Positions 7,734 through 13,942 of a stretch of 23,874 bases of DNA are shown here, one piece after another. The notes beneath the pieces were generated by a model. That model ran no database searches, was not told the origin of the DNA, and saw nothing but the letters and a program-made list of their open reading frames with translations. Both the position numbers and the translations under genes were made by a program. Source of the stretch: an uncultured virus (IMG/VR IMGVR_UViG_3300027022_000002) (taxonomy: Duplodnaviria; Heunggongvirae; Uroviricota; Caudoviricetes); IMG/VR virus record IMGVR_UViG_3300027022_000002; one strand, 5' to 3'. Within the stretch, counting starts at the first letter, position 1. Every line of letters begins with the position of its first letter.

Positions 7734-7767
7734 ACGGTACGGCACGGCTTGCATTGAGTCAATGCAA
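7734..7767 (-). promoter_or_regulatory. Promoter/operator P4
   Basis: TTGCATTGAGTCAATGCAA at 7749-7767. Minus strand TTGACT (7757-7762), 17 bp, TACCGT (7734-7739). Confidence 0.9.
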
Positions 7768-7806
7768 AACGGGAAGGTCGCCTAACGTGAGGCGGCCTTC
7801 CCGTTT
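7767..7806. terminator. Intrinsic terminator abutting P4, possibly bidirectional
   Basis: AAACGGGAAGGTCGCCT-aacgtg-AGGCGGCCTTCCCGTTT, a 17-bp stem with one mismatch. The minus-strand T run merges into the operator. Confidence 0.85.
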
Positions 7807-7833
7807 GGGGGTAGTGGGGAGCTAGGCTGTGAT

Positions 7834-9357
7834 CTACCCCGCGAGTACCAAGTCCCCCCGCATCACCCGCTGCACGTCCCTCACCGAGCAGTTCAACCGG
7901 CGCGCGATCTCTCCAACCGGCTCCCGCCGCCGGATGGCCTCCTCGATCGCCTCATCACGCCGCTTCCCGGCGGCCTCACGCCGCTGGGTGACCTGCGTCT
8001 GATTCGCCCGCAACCGCGCCGCGATCCTCGCGTCCGACACCCCATCGTCCGCCAACATCAGCACCACCGCGTCCTGCTCGGCCTCGGTCAGATGCTGCCG
8101 GCCGATCTCCCCGGCCGCGCAGGCGAACACCTGCGACCACAACACCTCCGGGTCGTCCTGCCGGATGTACGACCTCCCGGTCCGGGCCCTGGCGTGCGGC
8201 TCGTCGATCCTGTCGTCATCCCACGCCAACGGCGACGGCCAGCCGGCCCGCGTCGCCCGGTCGATCGCCGCCTGGTCCGGACCCGGCTCCAGCGGCGTCG
8301 AGTCGTACAGCTCAGCGATCGCCGACCGCAGAGCCGGGTCGATCGGCCGGCGCAGGTCCTCGCCGACCAGCAGCTCCACCACCGACGGGTGCACGCCGAG
8401 CGCCGCCGCGATCGCCTCGCGACCGTGGCCGATCCGCATCAACGCGCGGACCCGCCGCTGCGCCCCGTAGTCGCCTCCGGCGGGCGCTTCCCGGGGGTCC
8501 AGCCGCCGCAGCTTCTCGACGCTGCTGGTGGTGACCTTCTTGTCGTTCATGATTCGCCCGATCACGGCCTTCTCGAATCCGGCCGTCCGGGCGATCCCGC
8601 CCCGCGTCCAGCCGGCGGCCTCCAACCGGCGGACCAGGTCCTTCACCGCCGAGTCCGCGACCGTGTAGAACGCCTGCCCTTCGCCGACCAGGCCGCGCCG
8701 GGACGCCCTCAGCCCTGACGGCGCGGGCTGGTCGGGCACCGGCACCGACAGCAGCGCGTGGGCGGTGCGGGCCAGGATCGTACGGGCCCGGTTGCGCCGT
8801 ACCAGGTTCTTGACGGAGTTGACCGGTATCCCGGCCTGTTCCGCGATCCACCCGAACGAGTAGCCGAGCGCGTGGATCTCGGCGACGCGTTCGGCGGCGG
8901 CGGTCGAGTCGACCGGGGCGTTCCCCGGCCGCCCGGTGCCGGCCAGGGACAGCAGCGCCTCGGCGACGCTACCCCGCACCACGGGCGGCAGCTTCGCGTG
9001 CCGGCCCCGGGTCAGAGGGGCGACGACCTTGGTGTCCTTCACGCCGGCCGCCGCCGCGATCTCCCTGACGGTGACCCCCTCTGCCTGGGCGAGGTGTTCG
9101 ACGAAGTCGGCGACGGCCGCGGCCTCGACGAACGCGCCCGGCTCGGCGGCCGGGAAGGGGTTGGCCCTCTCGGCTGGCCATTCGCGGCGCAGGATCTCGT
9201 TCGCCTTGCACCGGCCGCAGCCGGCGTCGCCGCCGGGCTGGCAGCAGTCGGTCAACGGCGTGCGCCGCACCAGCCAGCCCAGCCGGGCCTCACCAAGGGC
9301 CTTGTCCGCCACCAGTACGGACGGACCGGCCGGGAGCTGCAGCTTCTTCCTCGTCAT
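7834..9357 (-). CDS. Multi-helix-turn-helix DNA-binding protein
   Basis: AAAGGAG RBS. Four repeated HTH units (GVTVREIAAAAGV, GYSFGWIAEQAGI, GWTRGGIARTAGF, GHGREAIAAALGV), a GWPSPLAWDD motif, and two further HTHs (GVSDARIAARL, PVGEIARRLNCSVRDVQR). Confidence 0.85.
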   Translation of the reverse strand: MTRKKLQLPAGPSVLVADKALGEARLGWLVRRTPLTDCCQPGGDAGCGRCKANEILRREWPAERANPFPAAEPGAFVEAAAVADFVEHLAQAEGVTVREIAAAAGVKDTKVVAPLTRGRHAKLPPVVRGSVAEALLSLAGTGRPGNAPVDSTAAAERVAEIHALGYSFGWIAEQAGIPVNSVKNLVRRNRARTILARTAHALLSVPVPDQPAPSGLRASRRGLVGEGQAFYTVADSAVKDLVRRLEAAGWTRGGIARTAGFEKAVIGRIMNDKKVTTSSVEKLRRLDPREAPAGGDYGAQRRVRALMRIGHGREAIAAALGVHPSVVELLVGEDLRRPIDPALRSAIAELYDSTPLEPGPDQAAIDRATRAGWPSPLAWDDDRIDEPHARARTGRSYIRQDDPEVLWSQVFACAAGEIGRQHLTEAEQDAVVLMLADDGVSDARIAARLRANQTQVTQRREAAGKRRDEAIEEAIRRREPVGEIARRLNCSVRDVQRVMRGDLVLAG

Positions 9358-9526
9358 CGCGGGTGCTCCTTTGTGTTATCGAGTCGATCAGTGAGGCGGT
9401 GGTGAGCCCGGCGGCGGCTACGGCGATCGCCGCCGGGTGGGTTGCCGCGCAGAACAGCCACAGGCTTCCCGCGACGCCGGCCGCGTAGCCGCCGACGGTG
9501 AGGGTCAGCCAGTAGGCGAATCTCAT
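9290..9526 (-). CDS. Small membrane protein
   Basis: ATGA overlap at 9523-9526. MRFAYWLTLTVGGYAAGVAGSLWLF. Overlaps the HTH gene by 68 bp, so the 3' end is uncertain. Confidence 0.55.
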   Translation of the reverse strand: MRFAYWLTLTVGGYAAGVAGSLWLFCAATHPAAIAVAAAGLTTASLIDSITQRSTRDDEEEAAAPGRSVRTGGGQGPW

Positions 9527-9786
9527 CGCCGGCCCCGGTGGTCGTCGAGGTTGGCCAGTTCGCCCTGCGCGGGGTGACCCGGCCGGCAGTCGGTGCAGAA
9601 GGGGTGCCCTTCGCTGCCGTACCGGGTGGTGCGGCAGGCGCAGCGGACGCATGGTCCGTCGGTGGTGCCGGTGGTGAGCCGGCCGTGTTCAGTGAGGTGC
9701 CAGCCACGGCGGGTCCACGCCTCGAGCGCCGCTGGGTCCAACAGGGGCACCTGTGACGCGCGGGGGCGGACGTTCCCGGCGGGCAT
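9523..9786 (-). CDS. Small zinc-ribbon protein (87 aa)
   Basis: GPCVRC...RYG....PFCTDC; GGGAG RBS. Confidence 0.75.
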   Translation of the reverse strand: MPAGNVRPRASQVPLLDPAALEAWTRRGWHLTEHGRLTTGTTDGPCVRCACRTTRYGSEGHPFCTDCRPGHPAQGELANLDDHRGRR

Positions 9787-9789
9787 GGG

Positions 9790-10218
9790 TCAGCTCCCCG
9801 GGATTTCGACGATCACCGCGTCCGGGTTGTGCCGGTAGCGGCGGTCGGCGCAGCGGGCGCACACCTGGCGGCAGGTTTCGATGCCGGTCTCCCGGGAGAC
9901 GATCGCGACCAGGTGGGTTGCGTCGGGCGGGCAGAGCGGCGGGCAGGTCACACACAGCCCGAGGGCCGCGTACAAGGAACCGGCGGTCTGCGCGCGGGGC
10001 GCGATGATCGTCGTGTCGCGGCCGGTCGCGCCGGCCGACCCGCCGTCGAGGAGGCGGTCCGCCAGTTGCGTGGCGGTCCACATTCGGCCGGCGATGAGCC
10101 ATCGGGCCCCGGCCTTGGGTAGGGGTTTGTCTTTGTACCAGTGGGTGGTGAGTGCTTCGTCGACCTGGCGGGCGAGGCTGCGCCGTCGCCATCCGCCGTC
10201 GACAAGGGTCGTCGCCAT
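9790..10218 (-). CDS. Hypothetical protein with a C-terminal CxxC...CxxC zinc finger
   Basis: GGAG RBS before ATG 10218 (MATTLVDGG). CVTC...ATH...VCARC. The frame is open to 10398, so an earlier start is possible. Confidence 0.7.
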   Translation of the reverse strand: MATTLVDGGWRRRSLARQVDEALTTHWYKDKPLPKAGARWLIAGRMWTATQLADRLLDGGSAGATGRDTTIIAPRAQTAGSLYAALGLCVTCPPLCPPDATHLVAIVSRETGIETCRQVCARCADRRYRHNPDAVIVEIPGS

Positions 10219-10238
10219 GGGTCGCTCCGGTTTCCGGG

Positions 10239-10270
10239 CGGGGAGCCGGAGCCAGCTCTCCGGCTCCCCG
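10239..10270. terminator. Strong stem-loop within the P5 leader (terminator or attenuator candidate)
   Basis: CGGGGAGCCGGAG-ccagct-CTCCGGCTCCCCG, a perfect 13-bp stem with no U tract. Confidence 0.55.
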
Positions 10271-10384
10271 GCCTCTCTCTTCGCGGGGCGCGTGTTCGCA
10301 GCGACAGGGCCCAGTCTGCCCCGGGCTGCGTCAACCGCGCGGTTGGTGTGTGTTGGCTTGGTGGCCATTTGGCCACCATGGGCA

Positions 10385-10418
10385 ACAGTACTGAACATCT
10401 AGCATTGGGTCAATGCAA
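10385..10418 (-). promoter_or_regulatory. Promoter/operator P5 (one mismatch)
   Basis: GCATTGGGTCAATGCAA at 10402-10418. Minus strand TTGACC (10408-10413), 17 bp, TACTGT (10385-10390). Confidence 0.85.
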
Positions 10419-10423
10419 GATGC

Positions 10424-10606
10424 TCAGCGGCCGTGCCTCGGCAGCCCTCGCCCGTTGGCAGTCGCGCGGGCCCGCTGGGCCTCCGGGCTGTTCTTCATCT
10501 GCTGCCGGACCTGTTCGGCGGCGGCGCGCGTGGCGGCGCTGCCGGTCTTCTTGGCGAGCGCTTCCAGTTCGCGCCGCTTCCGGTCGAGTTCGTGGATACT
10601 GGCCAC
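10424..10606 (-). CDS. Small basic helical protein (60 aa)
   Basis: AAGGAGG RBS before GTG 10606: MASIHELDRKRRELEALAKKTGSAATRAAAEQVRQQMKNSPEAQRARATANGRGLPRHGR. Confidence 0.75.
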   Translation of the reverse strand: MASIHELDRKRRELEALAKKTGSAATRAAAEQVRQQMKNSPEAQRARATANGRGLPRHGR

Positions 10607-10723
10607 ACCTGCCTCCTTGGGGCGGTGGCGCGGCGGCGGCCGGTTCGTGCTTGTGGTAGGGCAAGGGACGGCTTGCCGCCGCGTTCTTCGGATGATCGCT
10701 GGACGTCTACGCCAGCAATACAT

Positions 10724-10757
10724 ACGGTAGCGGACTGCCAGCATTGAGTCAATGCAA
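10724..10757 (-). promoter_or_regulatory. Promoter/operator P6
   Basis: GCATTGAGTCAATGCAA at 10741-10757. Minus strand TTGACT (10747-10752), 17 bp, TACCGT (10724-10729). Confidence 0.88.
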
Positions 10758-10841
10758 GTAGGAAATTCTGGCCACACGGCCGACGCGCGCACCGCTACGG
10801 TTGACCTACCGAGCGTTAAGCCCCATTTCCGGAGGACAGCC

Positions 10842-11003
10842 GTGCCCCTGCCCGACTACACAGACGAAGAACTCGACCTCGCTGCCCAGCGGATGCCCAC
10901 CACCCACACCGACGGAGTCGGCACCGACGGCGACGACGGGCCCGTCCCAACCCCCTACGACATCACCGACGACGGCGCAGACCCACTCGCCGAACAGGAG
11001 TAG
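10842..11003 (+). CDS. Small, very acidic protein (53 aa)
   Basis: GGAGGA RBS before GTG 10842 (MPLPDYTDEELDLAAQ); ends 2 bp before the next gene. Confidence 0.65.
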   Translation: MPLPDYTDEELDLAAQRMPTTHTDGVGTDGDDGPVPTPYDITDDGADPLAEQE

Positions 11004-11005
11004 CC

Positions 11006-11578
11006 GTGGCGCTCACGGGGGGCACCGCCTACGACCACTACCACCGGATCACCGTTCGATGGCGGCCTGCCGGCCCCATCGTCGACGAGTACAACTTCGC
11101 CACCAGCACGAGCGGGTACCGATGCCTCGGCGTAATCGGCGATCCCAACCACTGGCCCTTCCAAGCGGGGGACCACACCCCCAGGTCCACACACACCACC
11201 ATCGCCACCCCCGGCGGGCCGACGATCTGGCCGAAGAACGGCTGGGTCTACGCCGGAGACTTCCGCGTCGTCGACCCCGACCGGTTCGAGCGGTGGCTGC
11301 TGCGCGAGCTACGCGCCGGCCGCTGGGCCGAAACAGTCAAGTACTTCAACATCAATAACCGGCATTGGAACCGCAAGGCGATCAAGGCAGGAAAGATGTT
11401 CGCCTACGCCAGCAACTCCGGCGACGACCACTTCCACCTGTCGACCATGCCCGGCCGGGAACACTCCCGGGGCGGCATCCTCGCCGCCTGGCACCGGCAC
11501 CGCAACACCCCCGAACTCCGCGCCCAACCCGCAGCCACCCCATCACCAGCGCCCCGTCACCGCTGGATCGTCGACTGA
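11006..11578 (+). CDS. Probable endolysin catalytic domain (Zn peptidase, M15-like)
   Basis: Pattern GVIGDPNH...GDHTP...GWVYAGD...VKYFNIN...DHFHLS, giving H, D and HxH metal-ligand spacing like actinophage lysins. Ends in a Pro/Ala linker-like stretch. CAGGAG RBS. Confidence 0.65.
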   Translation: MALTGGTAYDHYHRITVRWRPAGPIVDEYNFATSTSGYRCLGVIGDPNHWPFQAGDHTPRSTHTTIATPGGPTIWPKNGWVYAGDFRVVDPDRFERWLLRELRAGRWAETVKYFNINNRHWNRKAIKAGKMFAYASNSGDDHFHLSTMPGREHSRGGILAAWHRHRNTPELRAQPAATPSPAPRHRWIVD

Positions 11579-11594
11579 CCCGAGGAGAGACGCC

Positions 11595-11795
11595 ATGTAT
11601 CTGATCCAGTGCGCCACACAGGTTCCCAACCCCGTGTTCGCCGTCCACGACTCCGGCAAGGTCCGCCACATCGGCCCGTCCGAACTCGCCTACCTGATTC
11701 GGGAGGAGACCCCCGTGGTCATCGAATCCGACTCGGGCGCGGCGGCCCGGCTCCTCGCCGAAGCCCGCGTGTCGCAGGGCTACCTGCAGAACTGA
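11595..11795 (+). CDS. 66-aa protein resembling a C-terminal module of actinophage lysins
   Basis: GAGGAG RBS. MYLIQ...PVFAV..GKVRHIGPSELAYL. Confidence 0.65.
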   Translation: MYLIQCATQVPNPVFAVHDSGKVRHIGPSELAYLIREETPVVIESDSGAAARLLAEARVSQGYLQN

Positions 11796-11804
11796 CCGGC
11801 TACC

Positions 11805-11996
11805 GTGGACCAGTCTGAGCCCATCCCAGGCCCGGCAGAAGGCGGCGCGACCCGGCGGTCGCGCCGCCTTCCGCCTACCCGGACCGCCGCCGTCTCCTAC
11901 CGGGTAGGGATGGCCATCGGCGCGACCTTGACCGCCGCCGCCGTCGGGAGCTGCTGCTGGGCCGCGGCGTGGGCGGCCACCACCATCTGGCCGTAG
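11805..11996 (+). CDS. Small protein with one C-terminal membrane segment
   Basis: Basic N-terminus, then VGMAIGATLTAAAVGSCCWAAAWAATTIWP. RBS is weak. Confidence 0.5.
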   Translation: MDQSEPIPGPAEGGATRRSRRLPPTRTAAVSYRVGMAIGATLTAAAVGSCCWAAAWAATTIWP

Positions 11997-12009
11997 AGAC
12001 ACGAATGGC

Positions 12010-12096
12010 GGCCCCTCCCGCACAGCCTGCCGCGAATCAGGCGTCACGTGCGAGAGGGGCCACCACCCTCACTCCCCGGGGGGTCCGTCCGGGGAG
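12010..12096. terminator. Two stem-loops between convergent transcription units
   Basis: GGCCCCTC (12010-12017)...GAGGGGCC (12054-12061) with inner CGCAC/GTGCG and GCCTG/CAGGC pairing; CTCCCCGG (12072-12079)...CCGGGGAG (12089-12096). Confidence 0.65.
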
Positions 12097-12098
12097 AG

Positions 12099-12422
12099 CT
12101 ACTTGATCAAAGTCGGTTTCGACTCGGACTGGCGGCCGTCGACCGCCTTCAACGCGTCCTGCCCGGTCGATGCCGCAGATCCGACGAAGATCCCCACCAG
12201 GATCAGCGACGCCCACCCCATCCCAGCCAGCGTCACCCCGCCGAACTCGATCCCGCCAGCCCACTCGGTGTGCGCGGCCAGCGCCACCACCGCGACACCG
12301 CCGACCCACACCACCAGCTGCGTCACGACACCATTCCAGTCGGACGCCTTCGCGTACCGCACGAAATCGACCAGCTTCTTCACTGTCGCCAGCATCACCA
12401 GCACCGGCACGAACTCGTCCAT
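12099..12422 (-). CDS. Probable holin
   Basis: 107 aa with two or three hydrophobic segments and a charged C-terminus; last gene of the tail operon; AAGGAG RBS. Confidence 0.7.
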   Translation of the reverse strand: MDEFVPVLVMLATVKKLVDFVRYAKASDWNGVVTQLVVWVGGVAVVALAAHTEWAGGIEFGGVTLAGMGWASLILVGIFVGSAASTGQDALKAVDGRQSESKPTLIK

Positions 12423-12444
12423 CAGGGATCTCCTTCGACTTTGG

Positions 12445-12873
12445 TCAGCACTCTTCCGACGGTGGATCAGGGACCGGGTTACGCGCCCGTTCCCGCTCGA
12501 GCGCGGCCCGCTGCTCCGCGACCTCGGCCCGGACCCGCCGGCCCTCGTCGCGAACCTCGATCAGCCGCTGGAACTCGTCCGCGCCGTTGCGGCCATCCGC
12601 GAACGCCCGCAGCAGGGCATCCAGTGCCTCGTCCGCGTCAACCTGAGCCTGCCGTTCCCTGGCCTCCAACAACCGGTCCTGCGCCGCCACCTCGGAGCGC
12701 GCCGCGAAAACGACCGCAGTGGCCTCGGCCTGCTCATGCAGGCATCTCTGCAGGTCCACGCGCTCGCCGTTGACGTAGATCGTCAACAGCACGGCGAAGA
12801 TCGCGACAAGGGTCGTCACCGCCCATGCGGCCCGCCCGGAAAGGGCGACCTTAAGCGCGTGCAGTCTGCTCAC
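12445..12873 (-). CDS. Membrane-anchored coiled-coil protein (lysis accessory candidate)
   Basis: N-terminal TM AWAVTTLVAIFAVLLTIYV, long helical region, ends PDPPSEEC. AGGAGG RBS. Confidence 0.75.
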   Translation of the reverse strand: MSRLHALKVALSGRAAWAVTTLVAIFAVLLTIYVNGERVDLQRCLHEQAEATAVVFAARSEVAAQDRLLEARERQAQVDADEALDALLRAFADGRNGADEFQRLIEVRDEGRRVRAEVAEQRAALERERARNPVPDPPSEEC

Positions 12874-12983
12874 CTGACACGCCTCCTGCGCTGAGAGTGG
12901 GTGTGCGCCACCCGAAGCGCGCTACCCAGCAGCGCACCGAACAGCATCCAGACGGCAGACTCAACCATCCAACTCCAAGGCAT
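12870..12983 (-). CDS. 37-aa single-TM protein
   Basis: Not in the ORF track. TGATG overlap at the start and GTGA overlap at the end: MPWSWMVESAVWMLFGALLGSALRVAHTHSQRRRRVR. Confidence 0.7.
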   Translation of the reverse strand: MPWSWMVESAVWMLFGALLGSALRVAHTHSQRRRRVR

Positions 12984-13228
12984 CAGCTGTCACCGCCCCT
13001 GGACGGCTTCGCAGCCGGCCGCCGCCACGCCGGGGCGACCGCCACGATCACAGCGGAAGGAATCATCATCAGAGGGGTTTCCGGCAGCACGCCCTCGACC
13101 AGCAGCGACCACAACACCACCACCGCCCATACCGGCAGCACGGTCAGCACCACCAGGACCCGCACCCATGACGGGATCAGCGGCTCCGGCTCGGCCGCCC
13201 GGTGCCGGCCAGGACGCGCCTCGGGCAC
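12983..13228 (-). CDS. Small two-TM membrane protein
   Basis: WVRVLVVLTVLPVWAVVVLWSLLV and LMMIPSAVIVAV. Confidence 0.75.
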   Translation of the reverse strand: MPEARPGRHRAAEPEPLIPSWVRVLVVLTVLPVWAVVVLWSLLVEGVLPETPLMMIPSAVIVAVAPAWRRPAAKPSRGGDS

Positions 13229-13240
13229 AACGCACCATCC

Positions 13241-13942
13241 TCAACTCTGGATCCCCCACGCCCCGACAACCCGCACACCGACCGTCCCCGACCCGGCCGT
13301 CCGGCGGGCCTCCACCGCGACGTTCACGAACTCCGAGAAGTCGCCGGGTAGGGCGAACGGGCCCACCCAGGCGTACGCGTGCTCGCCGGCCGCGACCGGC
13401 CGCACCTCACCGACCTGCACCCCGTCGACGGTGACCCGCACCTCACCGGCGGTTGACCCGTCCGACGCCCGGACCAGCAGATGTGCCAGCAGCCGGGGAT
13501 GCTGTTGCGTGTAGGTGGCTTCCTGCATCGGCGTGAACGTGCCGGACGTGGTGTTCGGCGGCGGCGTCGTCCACGCGTCCCGGAACGGCACCGGCAGCCA
13601 CGGACGAGCCAACCCCACCCCGGACGCCAGGTCGTCCGAAACGATGATGTTGTTGTCCTGGTCGACCAGGGCGATGTAGCCGTTCGCGCCGGACGCGTAC
13701 GAGAACGCCCAGAACGCCACCGACCCGTCCGCGCGGCGAATCAGCACACCCTGCACCGGGTCGCCGGACAGGTAGAACCCGCCGGCCCGGAACAGGTCGA
13801 CGCCGTTGGGGTGCCGCACCGTCAACGCGCCCCGGGTGATCGCCGACGAACCGAGCCCGGCCCGCTTCGACAACTCGGCGACCTGCTTCTCCAACGCCAG
13901 GATTCGCTTGACCAGGTCGTCAGGAGTCGGCGTCTTGCTCAT
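13241..13942 (-). CDS. Minor tail protein
   Basis: N-terminal DLVKRILALEKQVAELSK coiled coil followed by a beta-rich body; position after the hub-like tail protein. Confidence 0.75.
   Translation of the reverse strand: MSKTPTPDDLVKRILALEKQVAELSKRAGLGSSAITRGALTVRHPNGVDLFRAGGFYLSGDPVQGVLIRRADGSVAFWAFSYASGANGYIALVDQDNNIIVSDDLASGVGLARPWLPVPFRDAWTTPPPNTTSGTFTPMQEATYTQQHPRLLAHLLVRASDGSTAGEVRVTVDGVQVGEVRPVAAGEHAYAWVGPFALPGDFSEFVNVAVEARRTAGSGTVGVRVVGAWGIQS

Noticed and set aside
9354..9707. 117-aa ORF ending in an ATGA overlap with the HTH gene
   Set aside because: Low-complexity translation overlapping the zinc-ribbon and membrane genes. A frameshift linking its last codons to the membrane gene cannot be excluded.
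10219..10379. tRNA in the structured leader
   Set aside because: No T-loop GTTCGA, D-loop or acceptor stem pattern is recognisable.
24..10400. Long plus-strand ORFs such as 649-2016, 3365-4735 and 4732-5991
   Set aside because: Antisense shadows of high-GC minus-strand genes: Arg/Pro/Gly-rich, without motifs, and fully overlapping coupled genes.
2739..10757. Repeated palindrome as a CRISPR array or replication iterons
   Set aside because: Copies are 0.3-4.3 kb apart with genes between them, no cas or rep gene is present, and every copy has a correctly spaced -10 box.
2739..10757. Palindromes as integron attC sites
   Set aside because: They are too short, lack the RYYYAAC/GTTRRRY ends and extrahelical bases, and no integrase is in the window.
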